From positions 1 through 64,000 of IMG/VR virus record IMGVR_UViG_3300047471_000189: 64,000 bases of DNA; one strand, given 5' to 3'. The DNA is from a virus. The position numbers and the translations under genes are program-made. Under the pieces are notes generated by a model. That model did no database searches. It had not been told where the DNA came from and saw nothing but the letters and a program-made list of their open reading frames with translations. The number at the start of each line of letters is the position of its first letter. Position 1 is the first letter of the stretch. This document shows positions 48,301-57,783 of the stretch, in pieces.

Positions 48301-50276
48301 AGGATCAAATACTGCGGTCCTGTCCACGGTCCGGGAGCATAGTTGCCCCACCAGTTTGTTGAGTAATTTCCGCCAACCGATACCGCCGCATATTGCTCAA
48401 TTGTGTAAGCAAAGGATGTGCTGATGGCTGGAGTAGCGTTTTGGCCGTCAATGACCGGAAGGTTTCCCGCAGAATCAGGAACACCGCAAACACGAATTGG
48501 CTGTGTTCTGGTTCCGGTTCCGCTGAACGGGAAGTATTCGTGATAGGTGGTCGGACTCGACCCGCTTAAATCTTCATTGTGAATGCGGACTGTAGAACCG
48601 GCGGTGAGCGCGGTCCACGGAACGGACGTAATAGTATGATAAGTCGCTTGCGTCGGTCCTACGTCATAGACAGTTCCTGTTGAACTTGGGTCGGCGGTGC
48701 AGTCCACCGGCATTGTCTGCGAGGGTGTTACCGGATACGGGAGAGCGTGGCCTGTAACATAAAGAGTAGCCGTCTGAGTCTTGGTTCCGTCAGCCACACT
48801 CGTCGCCAATACCGTATAGCGACCAGCAACCGTAGCGGAGAACACCGTATCTCTGTTTGTAATATCGCTGAGAATACCGTCCCCTCCCCCCGGCTGCGAA
48901 GTGATTGCCCAAGTCACGGCTTGGTTACTATTACCGAGAACCCATGTCTGTAAGTCGACTTTTTGGTTAGCGTACAGGGCTTCATAGAACGGGGTTACAA
49001 TTACCTGAGTGCTTGGCTGACACACATCGATTGGAAAATCTACAGTCTTGCTTGTATCGTCCACGCTCTGTGCCCTGATCGTCACAATGGCAGTAGAGGT
49101 TGCCGTATAGGTGACGTTGCCGCTGCCAGAGCCGGGAGATACGGAACAGGTTCCCGGCGTCGAGCCAACGGTGACATCCACCCACGGAAAGGTATTTGCC
49201 GTAGCGGACAATGTGGCGGAGGCTCCGCCTGTTGTCGAGGCTACACTCCAGTTCACCTTATTGGTCGTTCCGTTGGTGATCGTCGCGTAGATACGCCGCA
49301 CATCACCCGGAAGAACCTGCCAGCCATATTGGGATTGGTTCGCAGTGATAGCAACGGCTGGGGGAGGGGTTCCCTGCGTATACGACCACGAGTTAATAAG
49401 CACCGCACCGGCATTGCCTGCCGAGACGGTAGAAGCAGTGATGCCTGCGAGGGCTGTATTACTTCCGCCTACGATGGACGGGATGTTGACTCCTGTCCAA
49501 GTATGGGTAAAGCAGGAAGGTCCCGGACATGTCCCGCCAGCCGTCACGTCGAACAGGTTCTCAATAAGATTCGATCCGTCATAGGTGATCGTTACCGAGT
49601 AGACGTGGCCGGTGGTTGTGTTGAACTGAGTAGCTGGGGAGTTCAGCGGAACGGGATTAGTAACAAAGCTAGCGTAAGACCGATAACCGGGGTCGCCATC
49701 ATTTGGGTGGCATGGATCATAGCCAGACGTATAGAGGTTAGTCGTGCTGTAGGTAAATCCGTTGGCAAAGGGACCGTTGGCAACCGGGTCCACGTTGTTG
49801 AACCCGTCCATCGTTATGGCAAAGACGTTGTTCAGGTAAGTACCGGATAGGGTCACGTTCGGAGCCTGATAGAACCCGCCTTCGCAGCCAGCGCCGTTGA
49901 AGAACCCGATCCCCTGATAGCCGGGTTGATTGTTGGTGTTCTGGAGCACGAAGGCCAGCGTATTACCGCTGGGAATGAAGGTGTAGGTTGTCGAGAATGC
50001 CTGCACGTTGACCGGGGTCGTGAAGTTGGCAGACATTGCAGTGTGAGAACTATGCGCGGGTGCTAACTGCACTTGGCCTGAGCCGGTAATGCTGGTGGTG
50101 GTAGTACTGTTGAGCTTGAAGTTGTTCGCGCCCAGCGTGTTGTTGCTGCCTGATGCCCCGCAGGTGCCAGCACCTGAATTGAACGCGGAACAGTTAAAGA
50201 TAGTCTGTCCGTGGCTATGAGCAGCGATTGCTAAAGCAAGAAGGCCGCCAGAAAGAATGCGAATGATTTTCATCAT
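45324..50276 (-). CDS. 1650-aa secreted multidomain adhesin/receptor-binding-like protein
   Basis: Signal peptide; lectin-like domain, Ig-like domains, beta-helix, three ATP.FSP.AGTY...TVT...IYYT.DG..PT (CHB_HEX_C-type) repeats, C-terminal BIG2-like domain. Confidence 0.7.
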   Translation of the reverse strand: MMKIIRILSGGLLALAIAAHSHGQTIFNCSAFNSGAGTCGASGSNNTLGANNFKLNSTTTTSITGSGQVQLAPAHSSHTAMSANFTTPVNVQAFSTTYTFIPSGNTLAFVLQNTNNQPGYQGIGFFNGAGCEGGFYQAPNVTLSGTYLNNVFAITMDGFNNVDPVANGPFANGFTYSTTNLYTSGYDPCHPNDGDPGYRSYASFVTNPVPLNSPATQFNTTTGHVYSVTITYDGSNLIENLFDVTAGGTCPGPSCFTHTWTGVNIPSIVGGSNTALAGITASTVSAGNAGAVLINSWSYTQGTPPPAVAITANQSQYGWQVLPGDVRRIYATITNGTTNKVNWSVASTTGGASATLSATANTFPWVDVTVGSTPGTCSVSPGSGSGNVTYTATSTAIVTIRAQSVDDTSKTVDFPIDVCQPSTQVIVTPFYEALYANQKVDLQTWVLGNSNQAVTWAITSQPGGGDGILSDITNRDTVFSATVAGRYTVLATSVADGTKTQTATLYVTGHALPYPVTPSQTMPVDCTADPSSTGTVYDVGPTQATYHTITSVPWTALTAGSTVRIHNEDLSGSSPTTYHEYFPFSGTGTRTQPIRVCGVPDSAGNLPVIDGQNATPAISTSFAYTIEQYAAVSVGGNYSTNWWGNYAPGPWTGPQYLILEGLAIKNASSSVSHTAPGGTVANWALATSGLRVWPSMDTVIRGNDVSNSDFGIFSDFNTNNGWALVQNTDYEGNHVHGTGVSGNGSIHQFYLQGWLQLVQFNVIDKMLFNSGGINLKDRGVGTIVRYNYFGDGAGGTPNSPQRVIDAVDNQDSPQYMGAYNYIPNGWAQGNIMTMDLMTAWYDQFHTYHIYGNIIQNSTALFGVHFIGDHGPYGAARPGNLYFYNNTLSFTGTFLGSGILDTNDNGGGTPFEYPRVMAQNNIIWQTPGTSACWNSTETFVSDFTTNVVAAGSLMNITTPISPSSACNLNSGWESTRSDLPLFTSVTPINNHITGLSSGNFISTASQPFTTGTYVPVSPQSGTGLSGGAANMPVRFQFNANTHYATARSTVVTSSTGGIIGAVDNSTPTVATPTFSPTAGTYTSIQTVTISDTTPSSTIYYTLDGSTPTTGSTVYSGAITLNSNTTVKAIATAAGFVTSSVGSAAYTINLPGLWNSLTGWNTCIKPGCDPGGTGIPVSTNQTIRNASPSLSGSSMQMSMVANQPDTNVLFYWLAPVCDLCTNFASDFEVYLPSTSNLGALELDTAFLFSVGLNREYMFGWQYCYNGAGCPGGHNSWDAWDQATIQWIDSGVTQAPLIGWNHITTTDHRVGNSQVYDTFVLNGTVHNLGITTNSGVLPMGWTSGNGFQFQMDANTPSGSQTYFINLDQASFTASTAPIAVTPTFSPVAGTYTGTQTVTISTTSGSVICYNTTGSPATDGATGCTTGTKYTAPVSVAASETLYAVAGGTGFQDSTAGSAAYTINAPVVATPVTSPNAGTYTSTQTVALSDTTPASTIYYTTNGSTPTTGSTVYSSPLTVSTTQTVKAIASASGFTNSSVGSSLYTINIPPTLTSIVVTPAGTSVVVGSTKQYTATCHWSDSTTTNCTSTVTWSSTFTSIATISAGGLATGVLAGSTTIMATSSSVSGSTGLTVTNPTTHGSKGHGGHFKGSVLR

Positions 50277-50280
50277 GCTC

Positions 50281-51075
50281 CTAAGAGATTCCGTACTTGG
50301 TTCGGAAGTACGCTTCGTTCTGTTGTACCTGTGGGAGGGTGAGGGCCGACTGGTAGACGATCAACTCCACAAATTTGCCAGCAAATAAGGCAGTACCAGT
50401 AGCGTTACCATCTCCGCCAATAACAGTAGGGCCACCAATTAGACCGCCACCGGCAGCGGACGTACTAACATCCACCGCACTTGCCATTCGAAAGTTAGTA
50501 GAAGTGCTCTGTATCCATGTAACGTTGGTCTGCGTAAACGTGTTTGCTGTGGCATGAGTCACACCTACGGCTACTAGATGGTCATCTTGTCCGGAATAAC
50601 TATTGAAATTGAGATCTGTTGCCTCACCGAATGCCGGACCCAAATAGCCGGAGCCAATCACATACCCCGATGAGGTACTAGGTGGAATGCTAAAGACAAA
50701 GAATACTGTCTGCTGACTTATACAGCACCCGCTCGGAGGAACTGTAAAAGCCAACGCCCCCCAGCAACTACTAAAGGTGACGGCTGGCAGGCCGTTCACT
50801 TGGTTGGTGTTGAATGTGCAAGTGCCGTGATTCAGGGTGGCATCGTTGGCGTTGCCGCTTCTATCAGCCCAAGCAGTGATGTTAGTACCGTTGCTCGGGG
50901 TCCCGCATACGCTGCTGGGATATGTGATGCAATCAGAAGATAACCATAGAGCCATCCCGGCCACTGGGCCTGAAGCGGCAGCGGTAACCGTGCGGTGATT
51001 TCCGGTACTGATAACCTGCCCGCCGTTGGCAGCGAGCAGAGGAATAAGAGCGAGGAGCACTAGTAATTTCTTCAT
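50281..51075 (-). CDS. secreted LamG/ConA-like lectin-domain protein
   Basis: True start MKKLLVLLALIPLLAANGGQ at 51075 (TAATG overlap); LWL..D, W.DRSGN.NDA, NGLPAV.F, G...E.IVY..AL, Y...KYGI. Confidence 0.7.
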   Translation of the reverse strand: MKKLLVLLALIPLLAANGGQVISTGNHRTVTAAASGPVAGMALWLSSDCITYPSSVCGTPSNGTNITAWADRSGNANDATLNHGTCTFNTNQVNGLPAVTFSSCWGALAFTVPPSGCCISQQTVFFVFSIPPSTSSGYVIGSGYLGPAFGEATDLNFNSYSGQDDHLVAVGVTHATANTFTQTNVTWIQSTSTNFRMASAVDVSTSAAGGGLIGGPTVIGGDGNATGTALFAGKFVELIVYQSALTLPQVQQNEAYFRTKYGIS

Positions 51076-54000
51076 TAGTATGTTCCCTGAACAACCCAAG
51101 TTGCTTGCTTCGAGGTTCCGTCTGCGACGAAAGTAAATTTGATATAATCTCCATTCGTCAACGCTACATTTCCGCTCTGTGACGCTGTAGCGAATGAACT
51201 TGTACAAGTTACTGCGCCCGTCAGAAGTGCCCCAAGCGTGTTCCCTGCCGCGTTCATCGTCGAGGTTCCAGAGTTGTCGGTGAAGCATTGCAGACCAGTG
51301 AGTGTAACCGTCGACCCGGTTGTGTTCTTACAGGTCGACTGGAGATAGGTTCCCGCTGTGATTGCGTTCAAGCCGTCACCAAGACCCGGCTGGCAAGACC
51401 ATTGACGTGTTCCGCCCACTACAGCCGCATCGACATAAGCTGTCGTCGCAACCTTAGTGGAGTTATCCGCCGGAGATTGAGTCGTTGCCGTCGTTCCGTT
51501 AGGGATTGCGTTTGTGCCGCTAACAGCAGTCCCGGTTCCAGCGTAATAAGCTATCTGGTTTGCTGTTCCGCTATTGACGGTACCGCTTCCACCTCCGCCT
51601 GTGCATCCGATATTCGTCAAGCCACCGTGAGTTCCGTTAAAACAGGCAGGGTTTGGGCTTGCGGAGGTCGCAATACTCGGGATCGTAAACTCGCCGCTAG
51701 CATAAGCTCGAAACACATCGGTAGACCCACCATACGGACGAACCATATAGTAGTTGTTGGTAGACGTCGAACTCGTGTAATTGAAGCCGTGACAGAAGGC
51801 GTTGTTGTTTCCTGTATCCCGCCCAAGGCAATCCCCGAACCAGTCACCAGATGCTAGGGTAGAATTCCACTCTCGGATTAGCGTTGGTGGTCCGCCTGTT
51901 GTTGAATGCGAGTAAATGTCCATGCCAAGGAACCCGCCCGCGTTCGCTTGCCACGCCATGAAATTAAACCAGTTGGAATCGAACCATAATCTCGCAGCCG
52001 GAGCGTATACGCTCTGAACATCGGCACCGAGGCCGCTTGCTGAATACGAGAAGGTATCCGCAGGTTGGATCGGTAGCCCTCCCTTAGCAGCGAAAGCTTC
52101 GTTAACCGTTTGCGCCCAAATTACATCTGCATGGGGGTCCGGTAGCGATGGGGTGTTATCTGCGACATGCAGTAGAGCCCTAGCCGTGTCCGCGTAATAG
52201 TCGATGTACTGACCGTTCGACACCATCGTCGCGTTCTTGCCCATGTACTGGGTCCACATGAAGTAGTTCACTTGACCGGGCTTAACGTCTGCTCCGGTGA
52301 GGCCGTACTGGGCAGGAACGATGGTCGTTTCTAACACCTTCATTCCAGCCGTATGAGCCGCAGCCCAGAGTGTCTGCTTGTCGGCCTCTACTTGAGTTGA
52401 GCTTCTTCCGCCAAGAAAGTCGTTCTGGCCGGTCTGATCGATCAGGAACATGGGTGACGCGCTGATGCTGGCAACCCAAGTTGCCAGATTTGCTGCGGCA
52501 GCCTGAGTGGTTGTTTCAAACCCGTAGATAGTCCCGTGACCGTAAATATAAGATTGCTTTCCAAACTGCCATATACCCCACAACGATGCGTCGTAGGTAG
52601 TGCCGGTGCAAGGGGAGCAAGTGTAGGTTAAAGTGGTCGGGGTCGTGAAAGTAATCTGTGTTGACGAAGGGACGGTGGTGACTTGGAAAGATCCATACTG
52701 GGCAGCCTGCTGAACTGATCCGATGATACCGGCGGGCCAACTAGCCAAATTGGACATATCGACTGCATCCCCTATGGACAGACTATGTGCAGAACCGTAG
52801 GTGACGGTGCAGGTTGAAGTGGAGGTATGAACGCAACTTACGCTGGACGGAACACCAAGCGAACGACTGTTCTGTGCGTTTGCATCGTCGTAAAGCCCAG
52901 AGAATGACGTAACCACATAAGCCGTTGTAATCGGGTTGTACTGAACTCCGCTTGATCCTCCTGCGGTGGTAAGATCGATGTCATTTGTGGTTGTGCTGAC
53001 CGTGACGCTTGCGTCAGATGAATGAATTGTGACTGCTGGTCCGGTCTGGGAATTGATGCTTGTAATGCCGCCTCCGCCTCCTCCACCAAACGGGGCTTCT
53101 GCTACTCCGTTTTCTGAGTGAACGAGTTGGTGCGTAACCGCATCGCAGCGGATGTAATCGACCCCAGCAGCCGGAACTCCGGCAGTAGAGGATTCATCAC
53201 AAGAAAATCCGTGGGCCCCTGAAGGGAGAGCGGCGTCTGCGGCTGGCGATACCGTGCCTGCTGTTAGAGAAGGCGCTGTGACAGCTTCAGAACACGCAAC
53301 GGTTGTGCCGTTGTCGGTGCAGGCCGAAGCGGCGTGGCTCCCTGCCGTAGACCCAACCATCTGCATCTGACCAGCGGTCCCGACCGTGGGACTACCGCTT
53401 CCTCCACTCCCGTACGGCACCCAAGCGGTTCCATTACTCTGGCAAAGATGAGATGTGGACCCGGTGCCTGCTGCGCAATCCAAGGCGTCAACGGCGTTAT
53501 CGACGGCGATAATTGCGTACGGCCATGAGGTAGCGGGAGGAAGTTCCTGAATCCATCTTGACTGCAATCCCTTGCCCCAGAAGTTCGCGTTCGGATCAAT
53601 CGAAAGCCCCTCGGTCGCGCTATATAAGAGCGGGACATTGACCGGAATGAAGCCGGGAGATGAAACAGGAGATCCTGTGTAATAGAGGAACAACCTCACG
53701 CCATTAACGGTGGTATCGCTTGCTCCCCTGAAGTCGCCTGACATGGCAATCGATGTGAGAACCTGTGTTGTATCGACGTTGGCTCCTGTCAGACTGACCA
53801 GTTGGCCGGTGGCCGGTACGGATTCAAACTCTTCTGAGGAGATGGGGAATAAACTTCCGCCCGTTGCTCCGGTGGCCGTTGCCGTTGCGCTGAAAGCCGC
53901 GACGTTATAGGTAGACGCGCTTAAACAGCCATCAGCTACGGGCAAGATACCGTGATTGGCACCAACCGCAGCAGCATAAACCGCCGTGATTCTACCGGGA

Positions 54001-55007
54001 GAGGCTGCTAGATCGGGATACTGGGCTTCGAGCGCCCCCGTAAAGGTCCATGTCGCGGTACCGCTAGAGCCGAAGGAGCAATACGACCCAGATGCCATAT
54101 CCGCAGAAGTCAAGTCACCCGTCACGGTGACAGCGGGAGCATCAGTCTTCGAGAATCCTGTCGGGGTAAGAATGACGTACTGACCGGAAATAGGGGGCTG
54201 GATGAACTGTCCTATCCCGCTGGTAACATCTACGTCGGCAGTTTCAATTCCTCCGCTGGGGTTTCGGAACCGAACGGTGGGGCTGTCCTGAAAATCAAGT
54301 AAAACCTGACTGGTGTTGTCAATCTCGTCCGTCTGTAAGTTCACACTTGGGTTGGCCGAGATGACCCCAGCAACGCAATTCGTGGTCGTGCCGTCACACT
54401 GCGCGGCTCCCTTGGACGAATTGGTCGCATTGGGAACAGTCGCTGATTCGATTCCCCCACTGGGGTTCGTGAACTTAACCGTAGCCGTATCTTTGAAGTT
54501 GAGGATGGTTTGTAGAGCGTTATCGACATCGTTGGTTTGAATCTCTGCGCCGGTAGTGTTAGAAAACGTACAAGTGTTTCCTGTGCAACTTACATTTGCC
54601 CCAGTGAAAGTAAACGGACCGGAAACAGAGTTTATGCTGGAAACGATAGCTCCTCCGGCTCCGGCCAGAGAGCATATGTTAATAGTCGTAAAGTTCCCTG
54701 ATCCCGGGTATTGGACACGCTCGTTTACGCAGTATCCCAAGGGCATGTAATACGAGAAGTTACCGCTGGAGTCAGCCGTCACCATTCCCGTGGGGATCGG
54801 AATAGTCAGAAGAGGGTCCCGGTAGATGGTAGCCAACGCACCGGTAGCCGTCGACGTAACATAGATGTTCGCGTTGGGGACAACTACAGCCTCTGTCCCG
54901 GACGAACCACGGGCCACGACTTGGTTTACCCGGTGAAACCCGATGGTCACTTGTCCGAATAATGGACCAGCTATAAGAAGAAGTGCGGATAGAAGAAATT
55001 TCTTCAC
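51075..55007 (-). CDS. tailspike/fibre-like protein with signal peptide and SGNH-like domain
   Basis: MKKFLLSALLLIAGPLFG|Q; N-domain paralogous to 44064-45314; GQNDF and D.H motifs; TQ..ADNSTKVATTAYV fibre motif. Confidence 0.65.
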   Translation of the reverse strand: MKKFLLSALLLIAGPLFGQVTIGFHRVNQVVARGSSGTEAVVVPNANIYVTSTATGALATIYRDPLLTIPIPTGMVTADSSGNFSYYMPLGYCVNERVQYPGSGNFTTINICSLAGAGGAIVSSINSVSGPFTFTGANVSCTGNTCTFSNTTGAEIQTNDVDNALQTILNFKDTATVKFTNPSGGIESATVPNATNSSKGAAQCDGTTTNCVAGVISANPSVNLQTDEIDNTSQVLLDFQDSPTVRFRNPSGGIETADVDVTSGIGQFIQPPISGQYVILTPTGFSKTDAPAVTVTGDLTSADMASGSYCSFGSSGTATWTFTGALEAQYPDLAASPGRITAVYAAAVGANHGILPVADGCLSASTYNVAAFSATATATGATGGSLFPISSEEFESVPATGQLVSLTGANVDTTQVLTSIAMSGDFRGASDTTVNGVRLFLYYTGSPVSSPGFIPVNVPLLYSATEGLSIDPNANFWGKGLQSRWIQELPPATSWPYAIIAVDNAVDALDCAAGTGSTSHLCQSNGTAWVPYGSGGSGSPTVGTAGQMQMVGSTAGSHAASACTDNGTTVACSEAVTAPSLTAGTVSPAADAALPSGAHGFSCDESSTAGVPAAGVDYIRCDAVTHQLVHSENGVAEAPFGGGGGGGITSINSQTGPAVTIHSSDASVTVSTTTNDIDLTTAGGSSGVQYNPITTAYVVTSFSGLYDDANAQNSRSLGVPSSVSCVHTSTSTCTVTYGSAHSLSIGDAVDMSNLASWPAGIIGSVQQAAQYGSFQVTTVPSSTQITFTTPTTLTYTCSPCTGTTYDASLWGIWQFGKQSYIYGHGTIYGFETTTQAAAANLATWVASISASPMFLIDQTGQNDFLGGRSSTQVEADKQTLWAAAHTAGMKVLETTIVPAQYGLTGADVKPGQVNYFMWTQYMGKNATMVSNGQYIDYYADTARALLHVADNTPSLPDPHADVIWAQTVNEAFAAKGGLPIQPADTFSYSASGLGADVQSVYAPAARLWFDSNWFNFMAWQANAGGFLGMDIYSHSTTGGPPTLIREWNSTLASGDWFGDCLGRDTGNNNAFCHGFNYTSSTSTNNYYMVRPYGGSTDVFRAYASGEFTIPSIATSASPNPACFNGTHGGLTNIGCTGGGGSGTVNSGTANQIAYYAGTGTAVSGTNAIPNGTTATTQSPADNSTKVATTAYVDAAVVGGTRQWSCQPGLGDGLNAITAGTYLQSTCKNTTGSTVTLTGLQCFTDNSGTSTMNAAGNTLGALLTGAVTCTSSFATASQSGNVALTNGDYIKFTFVADGTSKQATWVVQGTY

Positions 55008-55008
55008 G

Positions 55009-55722
55009 TTAACCTCTGCCTCCCTGAATGGCGGCTAGTTGTCGGAGAGAATTCAGTTTGTCGGCGAGCCAAACATTCTTTTGGGACTGGCTCAAGCCCT
55101 GAGATTCCGTTGCCAAATCAGTCATGAATATCTGCATTGATGTCGTAAACCGGGGGTCGTTGCTGTACTCGAACGCTTTCGCTTGGAACCCCTCGTTATA
55201 CAGGTAGCTTAGATAATCCGGAATCGGGTTCCATGTCTGGTTAAGAGCAGTGAACAACGGAGCCGACTTCTGATAATCAACCACAACGTTGTAAATTTTG
55301 TCCGGAGCGGGAAAAACCCGGAAGGTTATGTTCCCCGAGTCGTCATCGTATTGGGCTGAAATTCTGGCTGGTTGATTGGGTAGGGGTTCTTCGCCTTTGA
55401 TTAACTCGACCTGTAACTCAAACGCAGCAAACCCGTCCCCGGGGAGGTAGGCCACAGCCTTCTCAATCCAACCAAACGTAGGCAGGTTGACGATGTAATC
55501 CGAAACCCCGATGTCGGTCGTAAACGTAGGAGTAGACGGTGTGGCCCCCACGCGGTTCCATCTCCACCCGCCTAAAGCAGGAGACAAGATCGTCTGCATC
55601 ACCCAGTCGGCGTTGGAAAACGCCGGGTCGTTCGCAGTATTAGCCGTGAACGTCAAGGGGGCGAGACGCTGGTATTGCTGGGCCAAGTTAATGGTCCGCT
55701 GTAACTGGATTGTGCTTGCCAT
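55009..55722 (-). CDS. head-tail adaptor/tail tubular-like protein
   Basis: WRWNR, GWIEKA, FRVFPAPDK.Y.V...YQK, IPDY pattern. Confidence 0.55.
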   Translation of the reverse strand: MASTIQLQRTINLAQQYQRLAPLTFTANTANDPAFSNADWVMQTILSPALGGWRWNRVGATPSTPTFTTDIGVSDYIVNLPTFGWIEKAVAYLPGDGFAAFELQVELIKGEEPLPNQPARISAQYDDDSGNITFRVFPAPDKIYNVVVDYQKSAPLFTALNQTWNPIPDYLSYLYNEGFQAKAFEYSNDPRFTTSMQIFMTDLATESQGLSQSQKNVWLADKLNSLRQLAAIQGGRG

Positions 55723-55723
55723 A

Positions 55724-56125
55724 CTACCTTGGTGGGATTAGATTTTTGGGGAGGGTTTTTAAGATAACCATCGTCAGCTTTTGGGTCTGCTGTTCCAAGA
55801 TGTTCATAAAGAAGGGAGAGGTAATTTCTGAGAGATACGGATTCGAAAACTCATGGAACGGATCAAAGAAGACATGGACTAACTCGTGAACCAAAGCCAT
55901 AACTAACGTCTTCATTTGTCCAGAATCAAAATCTCGTTTAGCTGGCGGATAGACGTGGACCAGTACGTGCTGGTAGTTAGAGTTTATCGTAGCCTCGGCG
56001 TAAGAATTTCCTTTCCCTTCTTCGGGAAACTCTACGCCGATGGCCCATCCGTTCAGATTTAAATGAGACCCGACTCGGGAAAGAAACTCGGATACCCACT
56101 GTTCGTAGGGAAGCGGTATCTTCAT
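55724..56125 (-). CDS. HExxH zinc-metallopeptidase-like protein
   Basis: LVHELVHV. Confidence 0.55.
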   Translation of the reverse strand: MKIPLPYEQWVSEFLSRVGSHLNLNGWAIGVEFPEEGKGNSYAEATINSNYQHVLVHVYPPAKRDFDSGQMKTLVMALVHELVHVFFDPFHEFSNPYLSEITSPFFMNILEQQTQKLTMVILKTLPKNLIPPR

Positions 56126-56139
56126 ACGCCCTCGTCGGT

Positions 56140-56718
56140 TTAGTTATCGTGTAGGTAGGACTCTTCTCTTGCACGAACCGGGTCCAGAACGGACCGGTAA
56201 CCAGAAGCGGACAGCTTGTTAAAGCTAGGCTTCTTGCGCCATGAGGCGTAGTCAGACTGCCCGGGACGGAAGATTCTCTGACACACGGTGCAGATGCCCA
56301 CATCCACGTTGACGTCGTTGCGGTGCCAGATGATACTGGTGCGCCCGGCGATGTCGCGCTGCTCGGAGAGCGGGGAGCCGCCTGCGATGTGGTCGCAACT
56401 GTCCTGCTCGGCCTTCTGCGTTTCCTTCTGGCGTTTTGCCAGTTCCTTGGCGCGTTCGTCGAACAGTTTGTTGTTGGCGTCTTCCGCGATTTCCTTCTGG
56501 GACTTGACGTATTCGCGGGGCTCGGTGGTCTTGATGATGGCGGCAGCAAGCGCTTGGTTCGCGGCTGAGGCTTCCTTCTGTGCCTGCGCGGTCTGCTGTT
56601 GCAGAGTTACGATAAGGGCCAGAAGTTGGTCTGTACTCAAAGGTACAGGAGCTTGAGTTTCAGTAGAAACGGGGTTTTCAGCATCTGCTGAAAGTGGCTT
56701 AATGGGTTTAATCGACAT
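56140..56718 (-). CDS. hypothetical coiled-coil/Zn-binding protein
   Basis: Start MSIKP after GAGGAG; C.H...H...C..C. Confidence 0.55.
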   Translation of the reverse strand: MSIKPIKPLSADAENPVSTETQAPVPLSTDQLLALIVTLQQQTAQAQKEASAANQALAAAIIKTTEPREYVKSQKEIAEDANNKLFDERAKELAKRQKETQKAEQDSCDHIAGGSPLSEQRDIAGRTSIIWHRNDVNVDVGICTVCQRIFRPGQSDYASWRKKPSFNKLSASGYRSVLDPVRAREESYLHDN

Positions 56719-56735
56719 GCTCTCTCCTCGGGAAA

Positions 56736-57455
56736 TCACTCCCAGACGGGTTTGTTGTTCAAGTTTTTGGAATTGCGATACTGGTGAAGTTTCTTGTACC
56801 AGTATGTTGAATCTGCGATGCCGGACGGGCGTCCAAACTCTTGGTATACCTGTTCTTCGGTCAGGATTCTGTTCTTGATGAACCGAAGTAAGACGTCTCT
56901 CCAACCGATTCGAGTAGCTCTCTGCATCACGTCGCGAGAATCAAACTCGTATTCGTTGTACTCAGGCATGGGCCCGATGGTGACGTAACCCATGTACTTC
57001 GCGGTATTCCCGTGCCAATCAGGATTGGAAGTTCCGGAAGTAGCGAATAAGGAGATGTCTACAGGAACTCCCCCGACGGTTACAGCCCCGGGGGTGATGT
57101 AGAGGCGAGGATAAACGTTGTGAAGCTTTTGGAGGAACAGGGAGTAGTCCATCATTTCCCCGCGCCGTTCTTTGTGGAAGTCGTCCTGATCGGGGTGCCG
57201 CATCCGCTTGGTGCCTTCGGAGTTGTAGTTCCGTTCCCGGAGACGAGCGGTGTGTTCCGCGATACTTAATTTGGGTTGCTTCTTGCACCACGAGCACTGG
57301 GGGTCGTACCCTGATTTGTAAGCTTCGTTCCGGTCGAAGAACCCGCCAGCGAAGGTCAGCAAACGAAAACAGCTTTGACATTCCTGCCCGCGAATCTCGT
57401 TGTCGACTCCGGCTGCCCAGTTGACTACGTCGAAATCGGACTCGATTAAACTCAT
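56736..57455 (-). CDS. hypothetical protein with CxxC pairs
   Basis: CQSC ... CSWCK. Confidence 0.55.
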   Translation of the reverse strand: MSLIESDFDVVNWAAGVDNEIRGQECQSCFRLLTFAGGFFDRNEAYKSGYDPQCSWCKKQPKLSIAEHTARLRERNYNSEGTKRMRHPDQDDFHKERRGEMMDYSLFLQKLHNVYPRLYITPGAVTVGGVPVDISLFATSGTSNPDWHGNTAKYMGYVTIGPMPEYNEYEFDSRDVMQRATRIGWRDVLLRFIKNRILTEEQVYQEFGRPSGIADSTYWYKKLHQYRNSKNLNNKPVWE

Positions 57456-57783
57456 GCAGGCACCCATAGCTTACTGGGTTCCGGCTGATTCGGATCGGGG
57501 AAAGCTTCATTGAGCTTACGCTCGATAGTCTTTACTACGGATTCGGCGAGGCCGTTGTCTTCCGCGTTGTCGGCATGAACGGCGACTTCTCGTTCGAGGG
57601 TGATGCCGCCGTCGGCTTGTTTTACGACAGCGGCGATTACGTACCCTATCACGTTGTCCAGATCAACCAATTCGGTATTCGGATATTCCGTTGGAGAAAT
57701 ATACGACAGGTCGTTTAGTTTCCAAACACCAATAGCTACTGACATCTTCACATCCTTAGTCCATTATTCGGACAAGTTGTAGG

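Noticed and set aside
51076-51288. N-terminal 71 aa of ORF 50281-51288
   Set aside because: It overlaps the upstream gene; the TAATG-coupled start at 51075 gives a clean signal peptide.
44064-55007. Diversity-generating retroelement acting on the fibre genes
   Set aside because: No reverse transcriptase is present, and I noticed no adenine-variant template/variable repeat pair in the window.
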